NCBI GenBank assembly: GCA_964016885.1
Contig: OZ024741.1
Location: 50,096,001 to 50,160,000 of the forward strand
Length of the DNA: 64,000 bases
Origin: Eledone cirrhosa
Lineage: Eukaryota
Reading direction: 5' to 3'
In this document: positions 49,401 through 62,190 of the stretch, piece after piece
Position numbering within the stretch: position 1 is the stretch's first letter
Layout: each line of letters starts with the position of its first letter
Notes under the pieces: model-generated
Seen by the model: only the letters and a program-made list of their open reading frames with translations
What the model was told of the DNA's origin: nothing
The model's database searches: none
Program-made: the position numbers and the translations under genes

Positions 49401-52400
49401 GTATATAGAGGACTGTGTGTATATATAGAGGACTGTGTGTATATATAGAGGACTGTGTATATATAGAGGACTGTGTATATATAGAGGACTGTGTATATAT
49501 AGAGGACTGTGTATATAGAGGACTGTGTGTGTATATATAGAGGACTGTGTATATATATAGAGGACTGTGTATATATAGAGGACTGTGTATATATGGAGGA
49601 CTGTGTATATATAGAGGACTGTGTGTATATAGAGGACTGTGTATATATAGAGGACTGTGTATATATAGAGGACTGTATATATAGAGGACTGTGTATATAT
49701 AGAGGACTGTGTATATATAGAGGACTGTGTGTATATATATAGAGGACTGTGTATATAGAGGACTGTGTGTGTATATATAGAGGACTGTGTGTATATATAG
49801 AGGACTGTGTGTATATAGAGGACTGTGTATATATAGAGGACTGTGTATATATAGAGGACTGTGTATATATATAGAGGACTGTGTGTATATATATAGAGGA
49901 CTATGTATATAGAGGACTGTGTATATAGACGACTGTGTATATATAGAGGACTGTGTATATATAGAGGACTGTGTATATATAGAGGACTGTGTATATATAT
50001 AGAGGACTGTGTATATAGAGGACTATGTATATAGAGGACTGTGTATATAGAGGACTGTGTATATAGAGGACTGTGTATATATAGAGGACTGTGTATATAT
50101 AGAGGACTGTGTATATATAGAGGACTGTGTATATAAAGGACTGTGTATATAGAGGACTGTGTATATATATAGAGGATTGTGTGTATAGAGGACTGTGTGT
50201 ATAGAGGACTGTGTATATAGAGGACTGTGTATATAGAGGACTGTGTATATAGAGGACTATGTATATAGAGGACTGTGTATATAGAGGATTTTATATGTAG
50301 AGGACTGTATATATAGAGGACTGTGTGTATATATAGAGGACTGTGTGTATATATAGAGGACTTTGTGTATATAGAGGACTGTGTATATAGAGGACTGTGT
50401 ATATATAGAGGACTGTATATATAGAGGACTGTATCTATAGAGAACTGTATATATATAAAGGACTGTGTATATATAGAGGACTGTGTATATATAGAGGACT
50501 GTGTATATAGAGGACAGTGTATATAGAGGACTGTGTATATAGAGGACTGTGTATATATAGAGGACTGTGTATATATAGAGGACTGTGTATATATATAGAG
50601 GACTGTGTGTATATATATAGAGGACTATGTATATAGAGGACTGTGTATATAGACGACTGTGTATATATAGAGGACTGTGTATATATAGAGGACTGTGTAT
50701 ATATAGAGGACTGTGTATATATATAGAGGACTGTGTATATAGAGGACTATGTATATAGAGGACTGTGTATATAGACGACTGTGTATATAGAGGACTGTGT
50801 ATATAGAGGACTGTGTATATATAGAGGACTGTGTATATATAGAGGACTGTGTATATATAGAGGACTGTGTATATAAAGGACTGTGTATATAGAGGACTGT
50901 GTATATATATAGAGGATTGTGTGTATAGAGGACTGTGTGTATAGAGGACTGTGTATATAGAGGACTGTGTATATAGAGGACTGTGTATATAGAGGACTAT
51001 GTATATAGAGGACTGTGTATATAGAGGATTGTATATGTAGAGGACTGTATATATAGAGGACTGTGTGTATATATAGAGGACGGTGTGTATATAGAGGACG
51101 GTGTGTATAGAGGACTGTGTATATAGAGGACGGTGTGTGTGTGTGTATAGAGGACTGTGTGTATATATAGAGGACTGTGTGTATATAGAGGACTGTGTAT
51201 ATAGAGGACTGTGTATATAGAGGACGGTGTGTGTGTATATATAGAGGACTGTGTATATATAGAGGACTGCGTATATATAGAGGACTGTATATATAGAGGA
51301 CAGTGTATATATAGAAGACAGTGTATATATAGAGGACAGTGTATATATAGAGGACTGTGTGTATAGAGGACTGTGTATATAGAGGACTGTGTATATAGAG
51401 GACGGTGTGTGTGTATATATAGAGGACTGTGTGTATATATAGAGGACTGTGTGTATATATAGAGGACTGTGTGTATATAGAGGACTGTGTATATAGAGGA
51501 CTGTGTATATAGAGGACTGTGTATATAGAGGACTGTGTATATATAGAGGACTGTATATATAGAGGACTGTATATATATAAAGGACTGTGTGTATATAGAG
51601 GACTGTGTATATATAGAGGACTGTATATATAGAGGACTGTGTATATAGAGGACTGTGTATATAGAGGACTGTGTATATAGAGGACTGTGTATATAAAGGA
51701 CTGTGTATATATAGAGGACTGTGTATATAGAAGACTGTGTATATAGAGGACTGTGTGTATATAGAGGACGGTGTATATATAGAGGACTGTGTATATATAG
51801 AGGACTGTGTATATATAGAGGACTGTGTGTATAGAGGACTGTGTATATATAGAGGACTGTGTGTATAAAGAGGACTGTGTGTATATATAGAGGACTGTGT
51901 ATATATAGAGGACTGTGTATATAGAGGACTGTGTATATATAGACTGTGTGTATATATATAGAGGACTGTGTATATAGAGGACTGTGTGTATATATAGAGG
52001 ACTGTGTGTATATATAGAGGACTGTGTATATATAGAGGACTGTGTATATATAGAGGACTGTGTATATATAGAGGACTGTGTATATAGAGGACTGTGTGTG
52101 TATATATAGAGGACTGTGTATATATATAGAGGACTGTGTATATATAGAGGACTGTGTATATATGGAGGACTGTGTATATATAGAGGACTGTGTGTATATA
52201 GAGGACTGTGTATATATAGAGGACTGTGTATATATAGAGGACTGTATATATAGAGGACTGTGTATATATAGAGGACTGTGTATATATAGAGGACTGTGTG
52301 TATATATATAGAGGACTGTGTATATAGAGGACTGTGTGTGTATATATAGAGGACTGTGTGTATATATAGAGGACTGTGTGTATATAGAGGACTGTGTATA

Positions 52401-55400
52401 TATAGAGGACTGTGTATATATAGAGGACTGTGTATATATATAGAGGACTGTGTGTATATATATAGAGGACTATGTATATAGAGGACTGTGTATATAGACG
52501 ACTGTGTATATATAGAGGACTGTGTATATATAGAGGACTGTGTATATATAGAGGACTGTGTATATATATAGAGGACTGTGTATATAGAGGACTATGTATA
52601 TAGAGGACTGTGTATATAGAGGACTGTGTATATAGAGGACTGTGTATATATAGAGGACTGTGTATATATAGAGGACTGTGTATATATAGAGGACTGTGTA
52701 TATATAGAGGACTGTGTATATAAAGGACTGTGTATATAGAGGACTGTGTATATATATAGAGGATTGTGTGTATAGAGGACTGTGTGTATAGAGGACTGTG
52801 TATATAGAGGACTGTGTATATAGAGGACTGTGTATATAGAGGACTATGTATATAGAGGACTGTGTATATAGAGGATTTTATATGTAGAGGACTGTATATA
52901 TAGAGGACTGTGTGTATATATAGAGGACTGTGTGTATATATAGAGGACTTTGTGTATATAGAGGACTGTGTATATAGAGGACTGTGTATATATAGAGGAC
53001 TGTATATATAGAGGACTGTATCTATAGAGAACTGTATATATATAAAGGACTGTGTATATATAGAGGACTGTGTATATATAGAGGACTGTGTATATAGAGG
53101 ACAGTGTATATAGAGGACTGTGTATATAGAGGACTGTGTATATATAGAGGACTGTGTATATATAGAGGACTGTGTATATATATAGAGGACTGTGTGTATA
53201 TATATAGAGGACTATGTATATAGAGGACTGTGTATATAGACGACTGTGTATATATAGAGGACTGTGTATATATAGAGGACTGTGTATATATAGAGGACTG
53301 TGTATATATATAGAGGACTGTGTATATAGAGGACTATGTATATAGAGGACTGTGTATATAGACGACTGTGTATATAGAGGACTGTGTATATAGAGGACTG
53401 TGTATATATAGAGGACTGTGTATATATAGAGGACTGTGTATATATAGAGGACTGTGTATATAAAGGACTGTGTATATAGAGGACTGTGTATATATATAGA
53501 GGATTGTGTGTATAGAGGACTGTGTGTATAGAGGACTGTGTATATAGAGGACTGTGTATATAGAGGACTGTGTATATAGAGGACTATGTATATAGAGGAC
53601 TGTGTATATAGAGGATTTTATATGTAGAGGACTGTATATATAGAGGACTGTGTGTATATATAGAGGACTGTGTGTATATATAGAGGACTTTGTGTATATA
53701 GAGGACTGTGTATATAGAGGACTGTGTATATATAGAGGACTGTATATATAGAGGACTGTATATATAGAGGACTGTATCTATAGAGAACTGTATATATATA
53801 AAGGACTGTGTATATATAGAGGACTGTGTATATATAGAGGACTGTGTATATAGAGGACAGTGTATATAGAGGACTGTGTATATAGAGGACTGTGTATATA
53901 AAGGACTATATATAGAGGACTGTGTATATATAGAGGACTGTGTATATAGAGGACTGTGTGTATATAGAGGACTGTGTATATATAGAGAACTGTGTATATA
54001 TAGAGGACTGTGTATATATAGAGGACTGTGTACATATAGAGGACTGTGTATATATAGAGGACTGTGTATATATAGAGGACTGTGTATATATATAGAGGAC
54101 TGTGTATATAGAGGACTATGTATATAGAGGACTGTGTATATAGACGACTGTGTATATAGACGACTGTGTATATAGAGGACTGTGTATATATAGAGGACTG
54201 TGTATATATAGAGGACTGTCTATATATAGAGGACTGTGTATATATAGAGGACTGTGTATATATAGAGAACTGTGTATATAGAGGACTATGTATATATAGA
54301 GAACTGTGTATATATAGAGGACTGTGTATATAGAGAACTGTGTATATATAGAGGAATGTGTGTATATATAGAGGACTGTGTATATATAGAGGACTGTGTG
54401 TATATGAGGACTGTGTATATATAGAGGACTGTGTGTATATAGAGGACTGTGTATATAGAGGACTGTGTATATAGAGGACTGTGTATATAGAGGACTGTGT
54501 GTATATAGAGGACTGTGTATATAGAGGACTGTGTATATATAGAGGACTGTGTATATATGAGGAATGTGTATATATAGAGGCCTCTGTATATATAGAGGAC
54601 TGTGTGTATAGAGGACTGTGTATATATAGAGGACTGTGTGTATATAGAGGACTGTGTATATATAGAGGACTGTGTATATAGAGGACTGTGTATATATAGA
54701 GGACTGTGTGTATATATATAGAGGACTGTGTGTGTATATATAGAGGACTGTGTGTATATATAGAGGACTGTGTATATATAGAGAACTGTGTATATATAGA
54801 GGACTGTGTATATATAGAGGACTGTGTATATAGAGGACTGTGTATATATAGAGAACTTTGTGTATATAGAGGACTGTGTGTATATATAGAGGACTGTGTA
54901 TATATAGAGGACTGTGTATATATAGAGGACTGTGTATATATAGAGGACTGTGTGTATAGAGGACTGTGTATATATAGAGGACTGTGTATGTATGAAGAAT
55001 GTGTATATATAGAGGACTGTATATATAGAGGACTGTGTATATATAGAGGACTGTGTATATATAGAGGACTGTGTATATATAGAGGACTGTGTATATATAG
55101 AGGACTGTGTATATATAGAGGACTGTGTGTATATAGAGGACTGTGTATATAGAGGACTGTGTATATAGAGGAGTGTGTATATAAAGGACTATATATAGAG
55201 GACTGTGTATATAGAGGACTGTGTGTATATAGAGGACTGTGTATATATATATAGGACAGTGTATATATAGAGGACTGTATATATAGGGGAATGTATATAT
55301 AGAGGACTGTGTATATATAGAGGACTGTGTGCATAGAGGACTGTGTATATATTGAGGACTGTGTATATATTGAGGACTGTGTATATAGAGGACTGTGTAT

Positions 55401-58400
55401 ATATAAAGGACTGTGTATATATAGAGGACTGTGTGTATATATAGAGGACTGTGTGTATATATAGAGGACTGTGTATATATAGAGGACTCTGTGTATATAT
55501 AGAGGACTGTGTATATATAGAGGACTGTGTATATAGAAGACTGTGTATATAGAGGACTGTGTATATATAGAGGATTGTATATATATAGAGGATTGTGTAT
55601 ATATAGCGGACTGTGTATATATAGAGGACTGTGTGTATAGAGGACTGTGTATATAGAGGATTGTATATGTAGAGGACTGTATATATAGAGGACTGTGTGT
55701 ATATATAGAGGACTGTGTATATATAGAGGACTGTGTATATATAGAGGACTGTGTGTATATATAGAGGACTGTGTATATAGAGGACTGTGTATATATAGAG
55801 GATTGTGTATATATATATAGAGGATTGTGTATATATAGAGGACTGTGTGTATAGAGGACTGTGTATATAGAGGATTGTATATGTAGAGGACTGTATATAT
55901 AGAGGACTGTGTGTATATATAGAGGACGGTGTGTATATAGACGACGGTGTGTATAGAGGACTGTGTATATAGAGGGTGGTGTGTGTGTATATATAGAGGA
56001 CTGTGTGTATATATAGAGGACTGTGTGTATATAGAGGACTGTGTATATAGAGGACTGTGTATATAGAGGACTGTGTATATAGAGGACGGTGTGTGTGTAT
56101 ATATAGAGGACTGTGTATATATAGAGGACTGTGTATATAGAGGACTGTGTATATATAGAGGACTGTGTGTATATATATAGAGGACTGTGTATATAGAGGA
56201 CTGTGTGTGTATATATAGAGGACTGTGTGTATATATAGAGGACTGTGTATATATAGAGAACTGTGTATATATAGAGGACTGTGTATATATAGAGGACTGT
56301 GTATATAGAGGACTGTGTATATATAGAGAACTTTGTGTATATAGAGGACTGTGTGTATATATAGAGGACTGTGTATATATAGAGGACTGTGTATATATAG
56401 AGGACTGTGTGTATAGAGGACTGTGTATATATAGAGGACTGTGTATGTATGAAGAATGTGTATATATAGAGGACTGTATATATAGAGGACTGTGTATATA
56501 TAGAGGACTGTGTATATATAGAGGACTGTGTATATATAGAGGACTGTGTGTATATAGAGGACTGTGTATATAGAGGACTGTGTATATAGAGGAGTGTGTA
56601 TATAAAGGACTATATATAGAGGACTGTGTATATAGAGGACTGTGTGTATATAGAGGACTGTGTATATAGAGGACTGTGTATATATAGAGGACATTGTGTA
56701 TATAGAGGACTGTGTGTATAGAGGACTGTGTATATAGAGGTCTGTGTATATATATATAGGACAGTGTATATATAGAGGACTGTATATATAGGGGACTGTA
56801 TATATAGAGGACTGTGTATATATAGAGGACTGTGTGCATAGAGGACTGTGTATATATGAGGACTGTGTATATAGAGGACTGTGTATATATAAAGGACTGT
56901 GTATATATAGAGGACTGTGTGTATATATAGAGGACTGTGTGTATATATAGAGGACTGTGTGTATATATAGAGGACTGTGTATATATAGAGGACTCTGTGT
57001 ATATATAGAGGACTGTGTATATATAGAGGACTGTGTATATAGAAGACTGTGTATATAGAGGACTGTGTATATATAGAGGATTGTATATATATAGAGGATT
57101 GTGTATATATAGCGGACTGTGTATATATAGAGGACTGTGTGTGTAGAGGACTGTGTATATAGAGGATTGTATATGTAGAGGACTGTATATATAGAGGACT
57201 GTGTGTATATATAGAGGACTGTGTATATATAGAGGACTGTGTATATATAGAGGACTGTGTATATATAGAGGACTGTGTGTATATATAGAGGACTGTGTAT
57301 ATAGAGGACTGTGTATATATAGAGGATTGTATATATATATAGAGGATTGTGTATATATAGAGGACTGTGTGTATAGAGGACTGTGTATATAGAGGATTGT
57401 ATATGTAGAGGACTGTATATATAGAGGACTGTGTGTATATATAGAGGACGGTGTGTATATAGAGGACGGTGTGTATAGAGGACTGTGTATATAGAGGACG
57501 GTGTGTGTGTATATATAGAGGACTGTGTGTGTATATAGAGGACTGTGTGTATATATAGGACTGTGTATATAGAGGACTGTGTATATAGAGGACGGTGTGT
57601 GTGTATATATAGAGGACTGTGTATATATAGAGGACTGTGTATATATAGAGGACTGTGTATATATAGAGGACAGTGTGTATATAGAGGACAGTGTATATAT
57701 AGAGGACTGTGTGTATAGAGGACTGTGTATATAGAGGACTGTGTATATAGAGGACTGTGTATATAGAGGACGGTGTGTGTGTATATATAGAGGACTGTGT
57801 GTATATAGAGGACTGTGTATATATAGAGGACTGTGTATATATAGAGGACTGTGTGTATAGAGGACTGTGTATATATAGAGGACTGTGTGTATAAAGAGGA
57901 CTGTGTGTATATATAGAGGACTGTGTATATATAGAGGACTGTGTATATATAGAGGACTGTGTATATAGAGGACTGTGTATATATAGACTGTGTGTATATA
58001 TATAGAGGACTGTGTATATAGAGGACTGTGTGTATATATAGAGGACTGTGTATATATAGAGGACTGTGTATATAGAGGACTGTGTGTGTATATATAGAGG
58101 ACTGTGTATATATATAGAGGACTGTGTATATATAGAGGACTGTGTATATATGGAGGACTGTGTATATATAGAGGACTGTGTGTATATAGAGGACTGTGTG
58201 TATATAGAGGACTGTGTATATATAGAGGACTGTGTATATATGAGGACTGTGTATATATGAGGAATGTGTATATATAGAGGACTGTATATATAGAGGACTG
58301 TGTATATATAGAGGACTGTGTATATAGAGGACTGTGTATATATAGAGGACTGTGTGTATATATATAGAGGACTGTGTATATAGAGGACTGTGTGTGTATA

Positions 58401-60945
58401 TATAGAGGACTGTGTGTATATATAGAGGACTGTGTGTATATAGAGGACTGTGTATATATAGAGGACTGTGTATATATAGAGGACTGTGTATATATATAGA
58501 GGACTGTGTATATATATAGAGGACTATGTATATAGAGGACTGTGTATATAGACGACTGTGTATATAGAGGACTGTGTATATAGAGGACTGTGTATATATA
58601 GAGGACTGTGTATATAGAGGACTGTGTATATATAGAGGACTGTGTATATATAGAGGACTGTGTATATATAGAGGACTGTGTATATATATAGAGGACTGTG
58701 TATATAGAGGACTGTGTATATAGACGACTGTGTATATAGAGGACTGTGTATATAGAGGACTGTGTATATATAGAGGACTGTGTATATATAGAGGACTGTG
58801 TATATATAGAGGACTGTGTATATATAGAGGACTGTGTGTATATAGAGGACTGTGTATATAAAGGACTGTGTATATAGAGGACTGTGTATATATATAGAGG
58901 ATTGTGTGTATAGAGGACTGTGTATATAGAGGACTGTGTATATAGAGGACTGTGTATATAGAGGACTATGTATATAGAGGACTGTGTATATAGAGGATTT
59001 TATATGTAGAGGACTGTATATATAGAGCACTGTGTGTATATATAGAGGACTGTGTATATATAGAGGACTGTGTGTATATAGAGGACTGTGTATATAGAGG
59101 ACTGTGTATATAGAGGACTGTGTATATATAGAGGACTGTATATATAGAGGACTGTATATATAGAGGACTGTATCTATAGAGAACTGTATATATATAAAGG
59201 ACTGTGTATATATAGAGGACTGTGTATATAGAGGACAGTGTATATAGCGGACTGTGTATATAGAGGAGTGTATATATAGAGGACTGTGTATATAAAGGAC
59301 TATATATAGAGGACTGTGTATATATAGAAGACTGTGTATATAGAGGACTGTGTGTATATAGAGGACTGTGTGTATATAGAGGACTGTATATATATAGAGG
59401 ACTGTGTATATATAGAGGACTGTGTATATATAGAGGACTGTGTATATATAGAGGACTGTGTATATATATAGAGGACTGTGTATATAGAGGACTATGTATA
59501 TAGAGGACTGTGTATATAGACGACTGTGTATATAGACGACTGTGTATATAGAGGACTGTGTATATAGAGGACTGTGTATATATAGAGGACTGTGTATATA
59601 TAGAGGACTGTGTATATATAGAGGACTGTGTATATATAGAGGACTGTGTATATATAGAGGACTGTGTATATATAGAGGACTGTGTGTATATAGAGGACTG
59701 TGTATATAAAGGACTGTGTATATAGAGGACTGTGTATATATATAGAGGATTGTGTGTATAGAGGACTTGTATATAGAGGACTGTGTATATAGAGGACTGT
59801 GTATATAGAGGACTGTGTATATAGAGGACTGTGTATATAGAGGACTGTGTATATAGAGGATTGTATATGTAGAGGACTGTATATATAGAGGACTGTGTGT
59901 ATATATAGAGGACTGTGTGTATATATAGAGGACTGTGTGTATATATAGAGGACTGTGTGTATATAGAGGACTGTGTATATATAGAGGACTGTGTATATAT
60001 AGAGGACTGTGTATATATAGAGGACTGTATATATAGAGAACTGTATATATATATAAAGGACTGTGTATATATAGAGGACTGTGTATATATAGAGGACTGT
60101 GTATATAGAGGACTGTGTATATAGAGGACTGTGTATATATAGAGGACTGTGTATATATAGAGGACTGTGTATATATAGAGGACTGTGTATATATGAGGAA
60201 TGTGTATATATAGAGGACTGTATATATAGAGGACTGTGTATATATAGAGGACTGTGTATATATAGAGGACTGTGTATATATAGAGGACGGTGTGTATATA
60301 GAGGACGGTGTGTATATAGAGGACATTGTGTATATATAGAGGACGGTGTGTGTATATATAGAGGACTGTGTATATATAGAGGACTGTGTATATATAGAGG
60401 GACTGTGTATATACAGAGGGACTGTGTATATAGAGAGGACTGTGTATATATAGAGGACTGTGTATATATAGAGAAACTGTGTGTATATAGAGGACTGTGT
60501 GTATATATAGAGGACTGTGTATATATATAGAGGACTGTGTATATAGAGGACTGTGTATATAGACGACTGTGTATATAGAGGACTGTGTATATATAGAGGA
60601 CTGTGTATATATAGAGGACTGTGTATATATAGAGGACTGTGTGTATATGAGGACTGTGTGTATATAGAGGACTGTGTATATAGAGGACTGTGTATATATA
60701 GAGGACTGTATATATAGAGGACTGTATATATAGAGGACTGTGTATATGTAGAGGACTGTGTATATAGAGGACTGTGTATATAGAGGACTGTGTATATATA
60801 GAGGACTGTGTATATATAGAGGACTGTGTATATATAGAGGACTGTGTATATAGAGGACTATGTATATAGAGGACTGTGTATATAGACGACTGTGTATATA
60901 GAGGACTGTGTATATATAGAGGACTGTGTATATATAGAGGAGTAT
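34431..60945. repeat. ~26.5-kb intronic satellite GAGGACT(GT)1-6(AT)2-5, units mostly 16-22 bp (~1500 units)
   Basis: Continuous array with an AGAGGACT core and variable dinucleotide counts. It lies wholly within intron 34148-61047. Confidence 0.99.
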
Positions 60946-61047
60946 ATGTAATATTGAATACTCATTGTTGTACCTAATGGAGACTTATTTACATCCCTGA
61001 ATAAAAAATGGGATGGTGTCAGCTAAACAGCAGCAACAACAACTTAC

Positions 61048-61156
61048 TTTGTATTTCATAAAGCTGCATTTCTGGACCGTTAGCTTCTATCATATGATGA
61101 TTGTCAACATTCTTCTTTGAACGTTCTTCTTCTAGGTTCTGAGTTAACTTCTTGAG
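61048..61156 (-). CDS. LRRFIP2: LRRFIP2-like coding exon (LKKLTQNLEEERSKKNVDNHHMIEANGPEMQLYEIQ), 109 nt, phase 0/1
   Basis: Acceptor CTTTTTCTCCTTAATCAG ends at 61157 and donor GTAAGT starts at 61047. Terminal A plus GA of the next exon gives AGA (R). The peptide parallels LRRFIP2 KLKLQLEEER...NGSDLQFIEMQR. Confidence 0.92.
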
Positions 61157-61384
61157 CTGATTAAGGAGAAAAAGTGGGCAGGTAGAAGAATGAAACATTA
61201 ACAAGAATAATTAAGACACTTTTCAAAATCTAACTTCTATCTCCTTTCACAGCTAACTCCACTAATGTTTAAAGGAAGGTTAAACCATTTCTAATTCTAA
61301 AGTAGGTCCTACAGGTTTTGAAATGTATACACATTTTGGTTGAGGTAGTAAATGCTGGCTGGATGTAAGTGTGGGACTAACACT

Positions 61385-61585
61385 TCCACCAAAACTATAA
61401 ACCCTACACCAAACAACAAACCACCAAACTATAAACCTTACGATAACCACCAAACTGTAAACACTACATAAACCACCAAATTATAATCACTACACCAAAC
61501 ATCAAACTATAAACCCTACATTAACCAACAAACTATAAACCCTACATTAACTAACTGTACACAACCTATAAGCCCATATAAATCA
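61385..61585. repeat. Degenerate AC-rich minisatellite (CACCAAACTATAAACCCTACA)
   Basis: AAACTATAAACCCTAC-like units recur ~7 times. Confidence 0.8.
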
Positions 61586-61824
61586 TGATCGTTATGTCCT
61601 AAACCAGCCACTGTCCTCTAGCAACATAAAAATAAAAGTAAATTCTTTCACAAACCACAAAAAAACACCAATGGGCTTGTGCTGAACTTCAGTGTTTATA
61701 CTGTTTAACAGGGGAGGACGCTTCAGATTGTGTCAAAAGACACGACAACCTCTCCTGTACACTCAATAGAATGTATGACTGAACATAAGTGAGATGGAGA
61801 TTCCTTGGTTTGTCTGGGAGGTTA

Positions 61825-61913
61825 GTAGCCATGCCTCAGTACTGACTTGGTCTATGTAAGCCCATCCAAACATTGCTAGCAAGGAAAGCGGATGTTAAAC
61901 AATGATGATGATA
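61825..61913 (+). mobile_element. SINE/LINE 3' tail fragment ending in (GAT)n
   Basis: CCCATCCAAACATTGCTAGCAAGGAAAGCGGATGTTAAACAATGATGATGAT, the same tail as 20505-20560. Confidence 0.65.
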
Positions 61914-62190
61914 TGAATACACTCTCTCCCAAGTTAAGCTCCACCAGATTGCTATACCATTAAGCAGGGGAGATAAATCTTACCTAAATGAAGCCAAGAG
62001 GTCTATTGCAGGTAACTACCGACCCTAAATGTTTGAAGTGTTGAATGGGTGACAAACAAATTCCTCCCTAAATAAGCTACTAATCTGCTGTATGTAGCAC
62101 TCCTAGAAAGGTCCAATATGTCCCTGACAGTCACATGAAGAAACACAATGAAACACCTAGTGATTGGTTAGTCTAATCAATATCCTATCA

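Noticed and set aside
34277-60530. Very long ORFs (up to 2585 aa, YTQSSIYTVLYIHSPL...) in the intronic satellite
   Set aside because: The minus-strand unit lacks TAA/TAG/TGA, so all three frames are open by construction. Unit lengths shift frame constantly and the region is an intron of a real gene.
61385-61585. Interstitial telomere (AAACCCT-like motifs)
   Set aside because: The motifs are isolated within a longer degenerate unit and are not tandem telomeric repeats.
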